Positions 30,323 through 41,623 of a stretch of 64,000 nt of DNA are shown in pieces. The notes beneath the pieces are model-generated. The model ran no database searches and was not told where the DNA came from. It saw nothing but the letters and a program-made list of their open reading frames with translations. The position numbers were made by a program, and so were the translations under genes. Each line of letters begins with the position of its first letter. The stretch's first letter is position 1. Origin of the DNA: a plasmid. The DNA lies in the sequence record CP121101.1. One strand, written 5' to 3'.

Positions 30323-32083
30323 ATGAACATGAACGCATTGAAACAAGGCGCCTCCAACCACACGGATGATTCTTTGGTGATGCTCACTGTTGATCAGGTA
30401 GTCGCAGCCCCCTGGGGCAACGTCCGTCGCGGCAGCCGCAACAATACCAAGTGGACGGATTTTCTCGCTGATGTAAGGCTGCGCGGGATCATCCAATCGG
30501 TGACGGTTCGCCCCCATCCAGAAGTGGCAGGTGTTTTCGAGCTGTTAGCAGGATATGGCCGTTGGGATGCCGCCAAAATTGTGGGTTGCCCGCTCCCCGC
30601 CCTTGTCGTCAATTGCAGTGACTCAGAAGGCGTTGCTATTGGCATGATGGAGAACCTGCAGCGGGAAGACATGGGGCCGGTTGATGAAGCCCACGCAGCA
30701 CAAACGGCACTAGCTCTATGCAATGGTGATTACGAAGAAGCCCGTAAGCAACTCGGTTGGTCGCTGGGTCGCCTCAAACAGCGCCTGCATCTTACTCGCT
30801 GCACTCCGGCAGTGCTTGATGCAATCTCAGCCAAATTGGTTTCACTTCGCCATGCCGATTTGCTCGCAGGTATCAGTGCTGAGGCGCAGAACGCTCTGTT
30901 GCCCTCAATTACTGAGAAAAGCCTTAGCGTGGATGCGCTCAAAGCCTTGCTTGGTAAAGCCTCGGCACCGATTTCCTCTGCGCGTTTTGATGTAGGAGAT
31001 TGCGCCTCCTGCATTCACAACAGCCAGCAACAATCCAGCCTGTTTAATGAGTTCGCTGTTGTTGACGGGGCTGTTTGCCGGAATCTTGTGTGCTTTAAAC
31101 AAAAAACTGCAGCTATGGTTGCGGCCCGCAAGGGCGAACTCGCCGAGCGTTACGGCACCATCATTGTTCTATCCGAAGTGTCCCAAGGTTCGATTAACCA
31201 TGTAAGCCATGACACCGTTGGCGCAGAGCAGATGTTTGATGGCTGTTTACCTTGCTCGAAGCGTGTTGCATTGCTCGATGACCGCATTGATACCGCAGGT
31301 GATGTGCTCGAAGATCGTTGTACCGACCCAGATTGCTTCAAAACGTGTGTTGCGAAGCACTGTGATGCAGTGGCGGAAGCTGCAGAAATCACTGAACAGG
31401 CGAACTGGGCGGCGGGGATTGATCCCGCTCTCACCAATACAGCCCAACCCTTGCAATTGGATGACGGGAATAAGCAGGCTCCCAATGTGCCCAAAAGAAA
31501 GGCTGCCGATAGTGATCCCGCTACCTCTTTGAGTAGTTCGGTGGTTGCAGACCACAAGATAATGCTAAGACGCGCAGCCGTTGAGGCGTGGGGAAGCGAC
31601 GCAGAGGCTTCACAGCGTTTCCAACTATCAGTTGTTTTGTCGAGCCTTTTGTCCGTTGCTGGCAAAGCAACCTTTGGACGCGCCCTGCCGGATACCATTG
31701 CTGATAGCAGCAAAAGTATTGAGGCGTTGCGAAGCGAGATCGCCAGTACCATGAGCTTTATCGTCGAGCGTTTGGACGGCACCGGCTACTGCCCGATGGT
31801 GGACGTTATGATGGCCACTCTCCCCCACGCTCCTAACGCTAAGGAGAAGGCTATAGCCCAATGGGTTCCCACACCCGAGCGACTGAAAAGTTACACGACA
31901 GATACAATCACCTTCATCTTGAAGGAGTCCGGCTTCTTGACTGCCTATGAGGCTGCCCACGATGCCAAGGCACTGAAAAAGCTTATCGGTATGAACAAAG
32001 GCGATCTTATCAAGACAGTTGGCTCCTTTGAGTTCAGTTGGTCAGGCTACGCCCCCAGTTTTTACTTTAAGGGGTTTGAATAG
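30323..32083 (+). CDS. ParB-like nuclease-domain protein (ICE/PRTRC-associated ParB)
   Basis: ParB/Srx N-terminal domain with LLAGYGRWDAA; large 586-aa ICE-type ParB. Confidence 0.65.
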   Translation: MNMNALKQGASNHTDDSLVMLTVDQVVAAPWGNVRRGSRNNTKWTDFLADVRLRGIIQSVTVRPHPEVAGVFELLAGYGRWDAAKIVGCPLPALVVNCSDSEGVAIGMMENLQREDMGPVDEAHAAQTALALCNGDYEEARKQLGWSLGRLKQRLHLTRCTPAVLDAISAKLVSLRHADLLAGISAEAQNALLPSITEKSLSVDALKALLGKASAPISSARFDVGDCASCIHNSQQQSSLFNEFAVVDGAVCRNLVCFKQKTAAMVAARKGELAERYGTIIVLSEVSQGSINHVSHDTVGAEQMFDGCLPCSKRVALLDDRIDTAGDVLEDRCTDPDCFKTCVAKHCDAVAEAAEITEQANWAAGIDPALTNTAQPLQLDDGNKQAPNVPKRKAADSDPATSLSSSVVADHKIMLRRAAVEAWGSDAEASQRFQLSVVLSSLLSVAGKATFGRALPDTIADSSKSIEALRSEIASTMSFIVERLDGTGYCPMVDVMMATLPHAPNAKEKAIAQWVPTPERLKSYTTDTITFILKESGFLTAYEAAHDAKALKKLIGMNKGDLIKTVGSFEFSWSGYAPSFYFKGFE

Positions 32084-32342
32084 TCCCTCTCCCCTCCCCC
32101 GCTTAGTAGGCGGGGGAACACCCCTTTATGATCCCCTATGCTTATTCCACTATATGTCCTGTTCCTGGTAGCCCTCTAGCGGGGTTGTAATCTGCTAGGA
32201 TTCGCAAGGGTGACAATATGCTCAGTTCATCCGGTCCGGTACAATTGTAGGTTTTGTTTTCTTCCCTTACTCCAATCCATCAGAGTATTTCTGCAAGGTG
32301 ACCTACCTGATGGGCACTTGCATTATCAAGTAACAGCGTAAG

Positions 32343-33527
32343 TTGACTCCACGCACCAAGGAGACAACCGTTATGATGGAATTTACCTTTAAATCCAGTT
32401 CATCTTTTACCGACGCAATCACCTTCGTTGCAGCTCATGCAAAAGGGAGCATTGCACCGATTCATAAATACCTTCTACTGCAAATAGCAGAGAACGGCGT
32501 TCTGTCAGTTCAAGCCACGAATGGTGGTTTCTTTGCTACCCGCATGACGAAAATGGATTCGTTCAGCGGCACGGGCTCTATCTGCGTTGATGCGGCAAAA
32601 TTCAATGCCATCGTTCACTCGATGCCCGTTGATGCAACCGCAACTGTCAAGTTTTCCTCTGACGGCAATAAATTATCAGGCGTTGTTCAAGCAGGGCGTA
32701 GCCGATTCCAGTTAGTGTGCTTATCAGCAGACGAGTTCCCTCAGCCAGAGATTTGTAATAACACCTCTCGCTTTTCCATCCAAAGTAGCGATCTGCTTCC
32801 CACCCTGACCCGTCTAAACCGTATGGCTCCGGCTAATGATTGCCGCCCAACGCTCAATTCCATTTGCGTTGAGCTGGACGATACGAGGGCCGTAGTTGTG
32901 GCATCTGATGGATTGCGGCTGGCTAAAGGGGAGTTCCCTATCAGCAGTATTAGCGGTGATGTGCGGGGGCATCAGTTGTTGATCCCTAAACAACAAGTGC
33001 AGCAAAAATTTTCAATGACAAAGATGGGGTGTGAGCTGGTAGTTCTCTTTGATGCTTCACGCCTTGCCATCATCTGTCCGGTACATGGTTGGAAACTACA
33101 ATTCAGCCTGCTGGAAGGAAAGTACCCCAACTGGCAGCGTGTTATCCCGAATCCCTCTGGTCATGGCTGGGCTGACCTAGGGGTAGATCGGGAATATTTC
33201 ATTTCATGCCTTGAGAGAGCCAAGATTTTGGCTGATGGTCGCAAACAAACTGTGCGTTTCCAAGTCCAAGCTGGGGAGATCACTATCAGCTCGAAGAACG
33301 AAGGGAGCGACGAGGGGGCGACCGAGATCGTCCCCTGTAAGATGCCGTTAGGCTTAGAGAGGGTATCGGCCATCTTCAATGTTGGTTATCTCGTCGATGC
33401 TCTGCGCGGATTGTCCGGCGCAATAGTCAATCTGACCATCGATACCTCGGAGCAGAATAGTGCGGTTCTCATGCGTTCTGAAACTGACATTACTGCATTG
33501 CAGGTGTTGGCCCAAGTTAAGGCTTGA
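32343..33527 (+). CDS. DNA polymerase III beta sliding-clamp (DnaN) homolog; likely start MEFTFK at about 32376
   Basis: Clamp-like N-terminal region, and GRSRFQLVCLSADEFPQ, VVASDGLRLA (cf. DGHRLA); three-domain length. Confidence 0.7.
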   Translation: MTPRTKETTVMMEFTFKSSSSFTDAITFVAAHAKGSIAPIHKYLLLQIAENGVLSVQATNGGFFATRMTKMDSFSGTGSICVDAAKFNAIVHSMPVDATATVKFSSDGNKLSGVVQAGRSRFQLVCLSADEFPQPEICNNTSRFSIQSSDLLPTLTRLNRMAPANDCRPTLNSICVELDDTRAVVVASDGLRLAKGEFPISSISGDVRGHQLLIPKQQVQQKFSMTKMGCELVVLFDASRLAIICPVHGWKLQFSLLEGKYPNWQRVIPNPSGHGWADLGVDREYFISCLERAKILADGRKQTVRFQVQAGEITISSKNEGSDEGATEIVPCKMPLGLERVSAIFNVGYLVDALRGLSGAIVNLTIDTSEQNSAVLMRSETDITALQVLAQVKA

Positions 33528-33652
33528 TGTTATCTGACAGCTTGCTTTTGTCGTTCTATTGGGGGGCAAACTAATCGCTATGCCCCCTTGCATCATCCGG
33601 TATCGGGTTAACCTAAGTCCACTGAATAAAGAAACAGACCGGAGAAATTTCC

Positions 33653-34000
33653 ATGTTCCAGCCCCTGATTGAATGCCTTTCCACTCGCCTCGGGGTGAGT
33701 CAATTCAACCTTCAAGTGTCCGGCTCGGCAGAGTTAACACAGGTGATCATCATCCCCGTCCTCTCGGCTCCTGCGGCCAATGTTGCGGGGGCAGGCTATC
33801 AGGAGAGGGGGCAAGCCTACCGTGCTGCCCTGACAACTCCGGTTGTCGTTTCCGCACCTCTAGGTGACATTGATACTCGCTTAGCTGAGATCCTTGACGA
33901 GTACGCTCAAGGTCTCTCTGATACATTACGCCAGCCCAGCATCACTGAGCAATTGCAGAAGGCTGTATCTCAAGCGGCGGTCAAGGGTGTTGAGTGTTGA
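33653..34000 (+). CDS. hypothetical protein (PRTRC neighbourhood)
   Basis: ORF only. Confidence 0.35.
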   Translation: MFQPLIECLSTRLGVSQFNLQVSGSAELTQVIIIPVLSAPAANVAGAGYQERGQAYRAALTTPVVVSAPLGDIDTRLAEILDEYAQGLSDTLRQPSITEQLQKAVSQAAVKGVEC

Positions 34001-34054
34001 GCCGAGAAGAAAAAGGGGGAAGCCACACATCCAGTGACTGATGGAGCTATTCCA

Positions 34055-34105
34055 ACAGGGGCAGGGGCAGGGGCAGGGGCAGGGGCAGGGGCAGGGGCAG
34101 GGGCA
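34055..34105 (+). repeat. (CAGGGG)8 hexanucleotide microsatellite
   Basis: Eight perfect CAGGGG units, 85 nt upstream of the PRTRC ubiquitin-like gene. Confidence 0.9.
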
Positions 34106-34188
34106 GGGGCAGTTCAGGAGAAAGTTGATGCCCAAGCACTTTTTGACCAAGACATTTTGTCCTCTTTGGGAATCTAAGGGGAGTCCAT

Positions 34189-34404
34189 ATGCAAACCATC
34201 AACTTACTGCGTCGAACCTTTAAAATTGGCTCTGCTATCGTAGATGACCCTGTTCCTGGCCTGCCACTCGAAACGGCACAACAAATCCTATCAGCCACCT
34301 ACCCACAGGTACGTTGGACAACCTTGTACGAGACCGATGGCCTTCTGGTAGGGAATACCTTGCAATACGAATTTCTAATACCCCCAGTCAAAACCAACGG
34401 TTAG
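34189..34404 (+). CDS. PRTRC system protein C (ubiquitin-like beta-grasp)
   Basis: 71 aa ending ...KTNG. Located beside ParB and the ThiF/E1-like gene. Confidence 0.5.
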   Translation: MQTINLLRRTFKIGSAIVDDPVPGLPLETAQQILSATYPQVRWTTLYETDGLLVGNTLQYEFLIPPVKTNG

Positions 34405-34807
34405 ATGTTGGGAGGGGAGGGGATCGAAAACCGCCGCAAGGCGGTTTTATCTTTTGTGTGTGTGGATTCAGCCGCCAGCTATCAGTCCTAGGGGAGGTTT
34501 GAGACCCAGTACTGCTGATGGGGTGATGTTGTCGGTGAACAGGCAGCAGAAAAATACAGTGTATTTGTGTTTCCAACTTGTTATCGGCAGCGCAAGGGAG
34601 CAACAAAAATACACTGTATTTTTGGGAGTTTGAGCTGATCTTGCGTCTGAGCAATCTAAGGGATACTGGCTGCATAGGAGGTGCTTACATGCCGACTCAT
34701 GATGAATTAGCCGCATGGCTGGATGTAATTGAGGCTGAGCCAGAACAGCCAACAGAGCAAGTTTCAGATCAAAACTACCTAGAAGAATTTGCCAAGGAGA
34801 AAGTGAA

Positions 34808-35512
34808 ATGGATGCAGTTTGCTCAGAGAGTAGCGCGAGCACCAACCGAGCGGGATTTGCAATCCGGTTGGGCGAGCCGGCCTCGCTGAAAGGGCAGGCT
34901 AGCGCGCGTTTGCAAGTACCCCCCTCCTTGCGTCTGCGCGGGGCTGTAATACCAAGACCGGGGTTTGCGGCTACAGATGGTTTCCATTCATCAATTCATT
35001 CTCTGGGGGAAATTGCACCACTGTTGAAGCCTGTCGTCACGCTGGCTCACAAGAACGGCTGGGGGGCCACAGAACTGACCAATTTGATGGCAGCGCAGAC
35101 TCTAGCTGAGCGCCTGAGTCGCTTTGAGGATCTTGCGCATGTTGTATGCCAAGAGCTGTCTGAGCGGGCTGAAAGGGCAGGGGAGGTATGTGCCTGCGAA
35201 CTGCGGGAGATCCTAAAAAATGTGGGTGGGGAAGCGTTGGCCACAGAGTTTGACAATAACTACGCAACTTGTAGGCAGATACTTGATTTTAGTTTTGGCC
35301 TTGTTAACGACCGAAATGGTAATGAGTTCGGTCAGGCCAGCGAGCAGTTCAGATTTAGGCTGTTCTCTGACCTCGAATTCATGGTTTTTCCATCGTCAGT
35401 GTCCAGCGACTACCTCGCAGCATTTCAAAACCTCATGTTCTCACAACTCCCACTTGTTGGGTTCATCCCAAGTAATGCCTTCTTTGAATACACCCTCGAG
35501 GATGATGACTGA
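34808..35512 (+). CDS. PRTRC-associated hypothetical protein (start uncertain, possibly ATG at 35087)
   Basis: Its stop overlaps the next start as ATGACTGA. Confidence 0.35.
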   Translation: MDAVCSESSASTNRAGFAIRLGEPASLKGQASARLQVPPSLRLRGAVIPRPGFAATDGFHSSIHSLGEIAPLLKPVVTLAHKNGWGATELTNLMAAQTLAERLSRFEDLAHVVCQELSERAERAGEVCACELREILKNVGGEALATEFDNNYATCRQILDFSFGLVNDRNGNEFGQASEQFRFRLFSDLEFMVFPSSVSSDYLAAFQNLMFSQLPLVGFIPSNAFFEYTLEDDD

Positions 35513-36242
35513 GTGTTACGATCTTGAGTTACCAGAGACTTTGGAGGCCAGCCAAATTGACGAGTTCATCGGCGTTTTGGAGCAGGCCGAAAGTGAATTA
35601 TCCAAGATAGACTCTGCTCCCAGCATCGAATCAGAAGCCCCCGACTTTTTCGATAAACTCGTGCTGCTAGTCGGTGGCAAAGCAGAGGCAACTGCTGTTC
35701 TTATGAAGGTCAAAGATGCCAGTGATGAACTCGGTGGTGATGGATACTCAGCCATGTGGAGCTGTTTTGATTATTGCCATCAGAAAGCTGGCTGGACTGA
35801 AATCGCTCAGTCAGTGAAGGAGATCACAGCTGAAGGGGGGCTTGCGGCTGTATTTGGCCGCCTGAGTGAGGTGGATGATAACACCTCTCTGAGTGCCTTC
35901 CTGTTGGGGGCTCAGACGATCATTGAAAGGGAAATGGCGACCAATAGGGTAGCGAAAGAGGTTTTCGACTATCAAGACGAGTCTGACATATCCATTGACT
36001 TTAAAATCCCCTTTGAAACAAAGGTGCTGTCGCGCAGGGAGCTTGCTGATGATGCCTACAACACTCACAACGAATTTGCCATGAACGGGGATCTTTGTAC
36101 CTCTAGCGTTTGCGTCCACATCAATGATGATACTTTGATGGCCATGGAATCGTGGCAGCGAAGCATTGCAATTATGGCCGCTGTGTACGTCGCAGGAAAC
36201 AACATGAAAGAGGAAACAGGTCATGCAAGTGGTCAGAAATAA
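35502..36242 (+). CDS. PRTRC-associated hypothetical protein
   Basis: The ATG at 35502/35505 is translationally coupled to the previous gene. Confidence 0.4.
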   Translation: MMTECYDLELPETLEASQIDEFIGVLEQAESELSKIDSAPSIESEAPDFFDKLVLLVGGKAEATAVLMKVKDASDELGGDGYSAMWSCFDYCHQKAGWTEIAQSVKEITAEGGLAAVFGRLSEVDDNTSLSAFLLGAQTIIEREMATNRVAKEVFDYQDESDISIDFKIPFETKVLSRRELADDAYNTHNEFAMNGDLCTSSVCVHINDDTLMAMESWQRSIAIMAAVYVAGNNMKEETGHASGQK

Positions 36243-36969
36243 CGCCTGTCAGAATAAACAGAGTCTACCCCGCCTTGCGCTCGTATTTTCCAGCTCTAGT
36301 GAGCAGATGGCAGACCTGACCGGCATTACACGACACGCCATCGTTGACGACAAACTTGGGCTAGGTGAACCCCTTTCAATGCAGACGATTCAGGATCTGT
36401 TGGCAGACCTCACAGGGTCGCTGGATCGCTCCCAGGGTAACACGAAGGGCAACTACCAATTCATCCCCTCAAACGTGCTGCTCAGTAGCCCAAGCGCCAT
36501 TACATGGTATCAGCCCTCGCGGGAAGGAATGTTATGGTTACAGGTAGGTGGTGAGAGGTGCGGTTTCCAGATCCGTTGGCCAGCACTTGTGTTCAATATC
36601 CAGAAAGGGTCGGCACGGCTATCTGTAGCCGCTCTGGAAACCGATGAGCGCCCTACACCCGAGAACCATGTCTACGATGTTCCGATGCCCAACTGCTACC
36701 ACGGGGGAGGGTTTTGCCTTGGGAGTGCAACGTTGCCCCGAGAAATTAATTTCTCGACCTTGCCGGAGATTGAGGCTTGCATGTACGAGGCGCTGAAAAC
36801 ACACAGTAACAACTCCCAAGCGTTAGCCGACGGCTCTACGCCAACCGCGTTTTGGGTCGGAATGGACGTAGAGCGGAGAAAGACCGGCGTAATCCCGACA
36901 ATAACAGCCTCCCAAATGACGAGAATTGGCTATCTCGGAGATTGGATTGAGCAGGTTGCATCACGATAA
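36223..36969 (+). CDS. PRTRC-associated hypothetical protein
   Basis: Overlaps the upstream gene by 20 nt. Confidence 0.4.
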   Translation: MQVVRNNACQNKQSLPRLALVFSSSSEQMADLTGITRHAIVDDKLGLGEPLSMQTIQDLLADLTGSLDRSQGNTKGNYQFIPSNVLLSSPSAITWYQPSREGMLWLQVGGERCGFQIRWPALVFNIQKGSARLSVAALETDERPTPENHVYDVPMPNCYHGGGFCLGSATLPREINFSTLPEIEACMYEALKTHSNNSQALADGSTPTAFWVGMDVERRKTGVIPTITASQMTRIGYLGDWIEQVASR

Positions 36970-37015
36970 AGAAGGGGATAATTGCGAACGTTGAGTTGAG
37001 TAAAGGAGCAGGGCG

Positions 37016-37764
37016 ATGAAGTGGAAAACCCCCATTGAGTATTTGTCTCAGGAAGTGGATGTTGTGCTTATTGGGTGTGGAGGGACTGGCAGTTTTGTCA
37101 TGGGCGAACTGTCAATGTTACATGATCTCTTGGCCCGTCTTGGTCATCCCGGCATCAGTGTGACCGCCTATGATGGCTCTCCGGTTCGTGAAGCTAATTT
37201 AGGTCGCCAGAGGTTCCATGCGGCAGACCTGGGGCTCCCCAAAGCACAAGCCTTGGTCGATGCGGAGCGTTGCTATAACGGATTCGCTTGGGAAGCTAAG
37301 GCAGACTATGATGTGGGCCAAGGACACTTTAATCGCCGCCGTCCAACCGTATATATCACCGCTGTGGACAAGCCCAGTTTTCGTGCGCAATTCGGGTCGA
37401 AGTTTGCAACGTTGAGCAAAGGAAACGGCCTCTGGATTGACGCAGGCAACGATAACAAGACGGGGCAGGTAGTCTTAGGGGGGGCGGGATTGCCGCAGCC
37501 TATGACCTGTTTGCGGGGCAGTATGAGGTGATGGTGGATGACCTATCCAAGAGCTGTTCATCAGCGGAGGCCGTCGCCAAGCAAGATTTCGGGGTTAACT
37601 CTACGGCAGCCAGGATTGTTGGCCAACTCATGTGGAATATGTTCCGGCATGGCGGCCTTGATTCCCACGGTGCGTTTTTCGACGTACACCGGTTATCAGT
37701 TGACCCCATACCCATTGACGAAAAAGTGTGGTCATCGTTCGGTTACTCTCCGAAGACTCAGTGA
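37016..37764 (+). pseudogene. ThiF/E1-like PRTRC system protein B, frameshifted near 37480-37530 (G7 run)
   Basis: Rossmann fold VVLIGCGGTGSFV and E1 motif NLGRQRF lie in 37016..37531. The C-terminal part continues in 37528..37764. Confidence 0.65.
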
Positions 37765-37880
37765 GTGCCATGAACGCAACCCTAAATAAAAACCGCCCGA
37801 TGGCGGTTTTTATTTACTGGCAGGTTGGTGGAATCCTATTGATGCTGTTGCTCCCATGCCCAGCCCTCCCTGCTTGATCC

Positions 37881-38880
37881 TCACTTTTTGAGCATAGCAA
37901 GGAGATCGAACAGTTGCTGACTGGAAATCTCGTCTGGTAGGGTCAACTCGAAAGTATTGCCCTTTTTTTGCTTCACCTCGATTCCGGCAATCACATTCAC
38001 ATTGGTGCGCTTTTTCGGCTTTTCACCCGCAAGTTCTGTTGCTTGTGCGGCAATGTCGGCCAGTGCTTTCGGTGCTGAGGGGTATGGCTCTTTACCTTGG
38101 GCCCATAATATCAGGGCTTCAACTTGTCCCTTCGTGAGTAGCTTTAGGGTTCTTCGCAGATTTAGTATTGTTGGGCGCCCAGTACCAGTTCCATCCGGTA
38201 GCAGTTCATAGAGTGGCAGCGGGATCTCAAGTGCCCACTGTGAGGCGCGGACTTCTGACTCATGCACCCCGAAAAGTGCTGCGGCCTGGAGTACATCTAA
38301 CCCTTCATCCTTCATCACCCGGGCATAATGCAGCCCTTTATCATAAAGCGAGTTGGGTCGAGTGAGGTTGGCAAGTCGACTGAGCTCGCGTAGCTCTGCC
38401 ATGCTCAGATCCTCTGTTTCGTCGGTGTAAGCTATGGGTAAGCCTTTATCCGCCAACAGTGCACAGTATCGGCGACGCTGACCGTCAAATATCCATATAC
38501 CTGGTATCTGCTCCTCGTACTGCCAACACCTCCATCACGACGCCACCAGACCGAACTGAGCCGATCAGGTCATCTACAGTTTCTTCAGTCACTCCCGACT
38601 TGGAGCGAATATTCGCTTCGTGGATATAGGTTAGCTCCTCAACATGTGCGGAGGGGATATAGACTGACGTCAGCCGCACGAGGCGCCCATTTTTAAGGCG
38701 TATAACCCGGAAAGCACCAGTCGATCGAATCTTGCTGGCCAATGCTTCTTCCGCGTCCAGAAATCCCCCAGCCACATCCTCAGGTATGCTGAACACACCG
38801 CTTGAAATGGACGGCTCGGCTGCTGATGCAGCCATGTGGGCCACTAGGCCTGTGCTCATTGGCGTGCGCTTTTTGCTCAT
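37881..38880 (-). pseudogene. parB: ParB partition protein, frameshifted near 38500
   Basis: The N-terminal ORF is 38485..38880. The C-terminal ORF 37881..38456 is preceded in-frame by the ParB box FDGQRRRYCALLA. Confidence 0.65.
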
Positions 38881-38913
38881 CAGTTCGATACCTCAAGAAT
38901 GTTAGAGAAAAAC

Positions 38914-39964
38914 TCAGCCACAACGTTCTCCGCAACGTTCTGGGCACGTCGGAGTGACCGGGTATCTCCTGCATAATGCTTCGGTTGGATGGATGGTGAA
39001 TACGGTTCGGCCATCTTCAGTGACAGAAGAGAATGGCCTCAGTTGCTCCATCCTGTTGACAAACAACTTCGCTGGTTCAAGGTTCTTGAGCATCATGTAG
39101 TTATCCAGATGCTGTGGATTGGTGCCGTCAAATTTACTGCCCAGAAGCCAGACTGATGCGGGATCCAGGTTTGGGGAGGGGATATTCGCCAACAACCCAT
39201 GAATGGACTCGAGGAATTTCAAGCTCGAGTCAAACTCCAGCGGGTCGAGGCCAATAGCAACAAACAAGCTGTCACTCGCTTGCAAAGTGTTAATCAAGGC
39301 CGCGTCAAGATGAGGACCCGCATCAAGCAAGATGAGATCGAAGTGATCACGAATCGGATCAATGACATATTTTGTCAGCAATTCGGTCATGTTGATGCCG
39401 GTATCTGCAGCGTGTTGGTATGCCTGCAGTGAAAAGAAACCATCAGCTGTACCCGCCGGCATGACGAATAGCCCATCGCTAGAAAGTAGGCAGCATCCAT
39501 GACCTTACCGTTTCAGGTGTGGCTCTGCTGGCAATGGCTTCGATTGCAGAATGCTGTGGCACTTTTCCAAGCCCGGCGAACCCAAAAGCAACGGAAGTTG
39601 ACCCCTGGGGATCCATGTCAATAACCGCTACCCGCAATTGATGACGGATCAGGTTGCGATGATGAACCAAACCGGTCGCGATGGTAACGGTCGATGTGGT
39701 CTTGCCAACCCCCCCCTTTAGGTTCTGGCAAGCTACCACCTTAGCGCGAGTATCGGAGCCAAGAGTGGACTTGATCTCGGCAAACGAACGCTGGCCTGCG
39801 GCCTTGTAAATGGCCCGCACATCGGCATGAGAAAATGTGTGTGGTTGGAGCGCGTTTTTCTCTGCTGGTAGCCGGCTAAACTCTCGGCCACCATCACGCA
39901 ACACCTTGATGGCCCCTTCAACTCTGGCCCGGGTCATTTCCGGTAAACGCTGCACCTGGTACAT
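38914..39964 (-). pseudogene. parA: ParA/Soj partition ATPase, frameshifted near 39470
   Basis: Deviant Walker A KGGVGKTTSTV and DMDPQGS lie in 39479..39964. The C-terminal half lies in 38914..39462 in another frame. Confidence 0.7.
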
Positions 39965-40391
39965 CGTGTAAACCGCACTTTGATAGCCGTCCTCAATGAG
40001 GAGTCCCGGCGGTCTTGCTTAACATCGGCTATGTACCCCAACACCATTCTTGCTTGGTTGCGGAGTTTCTCGAAGCCCACCAAGCGTTGCTGTCTTTCCA
40101 ATACACTGATCATTCGACTTCCACCGTCAATTCCATGTTTTTAGGTCTTGGGATGATAATTCAGGAATTATGGGTTTGTCTATTTTTTGGCAATAGGCGC
40201 AGCTGGAGGCACAAGCTCTGCCCTCAGCTAAATGCGGCCAACTAAACCAAAAGCACATCAGATGACCGATCACATTCATTCGTCACCAGCCCCAGCCTGA
40301 TTGGAAGAAGTAACTGCATACTGATTCTTCCCCGCAAATCATCACCGTCACCAATGGATTTGACCCCATAGATCCAGACACTTTTTCCCGC

Positions 40392-41270
40392 TTAGGGTTG
40401 TGATACCCGACTGCGCAGAAATTCCCGTGGTGAACGGTATCCCAAGGCGCTGTGCGGGTGGTGCTCGTTATAATGCTCAAACGCGATAGCCAAATTGCCT
40501 ACCGCTGTTCGGCTATCCGGTTTTGGCATCATCTCGATATAGTCTCGCTTCATCGTCTTCACGAAGCTCTCCGCTATACCGTTACTCTGTGGGCTTCTCA
40601 CTGCTGTCGTTCTGGGCTCCAACCCGATTTCTCGTGCAAACGCGCGGGTCTCATGGGCGCGATACGCCGAGCCATTATCAGTCAGCCACTCCACCGGTGA
40701 TGCCGGCAACGAATCCCCAAAGCGACGTTCGACAGACCTCAGCATGACATCTTGCACCGTGTCACTATCGTAACCCCCAGTACTGGCCGCCCAGTCCAAC
40801 GCTTCCCTATCGCAGCAATCCATGGCGAACGTGACACGTAGCTTTTCACCGTTATCGCAGCGAAACTCGAAGCCATCTGAGCACCACCGTCGATTGCTCT
40901 CCTTGACGGCAACACACCCCTTATGTGCCTGCTGGGCCAATGGTGCAGCTGGTTTTCTTTCCAGCAGCAAGCCATGCTCGCGCATGACGCGATATACCCG
41001 CTTAGCGTTTACCACAGGTTGTTCTGTTGCCTCAGACTGACGCCGTAACAGCGCCCAGACCCGGCGATAGCCATAGGAGGGAAGCTCTGCCATCGCCTCC
41101 ATGATACGGCCAAGTAAGGCTGCATCATCACGCTGGCGATGATGACGACCATCTTGCCAACCCGGTTTTCGATGAACACGAACGGATAGCTGCGCACGCG
41201 ATACATTAAGAGCCTGGCTCACAGCACTTAATCGTCGTCCCCCGGCAACAAGGGCGCATGCGCAATCCAT
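40392..41270 (-). CDS. IS2-like transposase OrfB (DDE integrase core), expressed by -1 frameshift with OrfA
   Basis: [20 protein letters not shown] and [14 protein letters not shown] are IS3-family catalytic-core motifs. Confidence 0.85.
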   Translation of the reverse strand: MDCACALVAGGRRLSAVSQALNVSRAQLSVRVHRKPGWQDGRHHRQRDDAALLGRIMEAMAELPSYGYRRVWALLRRQSEATEQPVVNAKRVYRVMREHGLLLERKPAAPLAQQAHKGCVAVKESNRRWCSDGFEFRCDNGEKLRVTFAMDCCDREALDWAASTGGYDSDTVQDVMLRSVERRFGDSLPASPVEWLTDNGSAYRAHETRAFAREIGLEPRTTAVRSPQSNGIAESFVKTMKRDYIEMMPKPDSRTAVGNLAIAFEHYNEHHPHSALGYRSPREFLRSRVSQP

Positions 41271-41623
41271 TTTTTTGCTCGACCATACTCCACGGCTTCT
41301 TTGAGGATCTCGTTCTCCATGGTCTTCTTCCCGAGCAGACGCTGAAGCTCTCGGATCTGCTTGATGGCAGCAGCCAACTCGGAAGCAGGAACAACATCCT
41401 CACCGGCGGTGATCGCCGTGAGAGACCCTTCTTGGAATTGCTTACGCCATTTGAAAAGCTGGTTTGCGTTGACGTCGTGCAAGCGAGCAACATGAGAGAC
41501 GGTCATCCCGGGCTCAAAGGTCTGCTGCACGATGGCGATCTTTTCTTGTGGAGTCCGGCGTCGACGGCGCTCGGCCCCTGTTAACACTTCGACCATCTTC
41601 TCGTTGTGACTAGTACTGAACAT
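41228..41623 (-). CDS. IS2-like transposase OrfA (InsC-like)
   Basis: [47 protein letters not shown] is near-identical to the IS2 InsC pattern. Confidence 0.85.
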   Translation of the reverse strand: MFSTSHNEKMVEVLTGAERRRRRTPQEKIAIVQQTFEPGMTVSHVARLHDVNANQLFKWRKQFQEGSLTAITAGEDVVPASELAAAIKQIRELQRLLGKKTMENEILKEAVEYGRAKKWIAHAPLLPGDDD

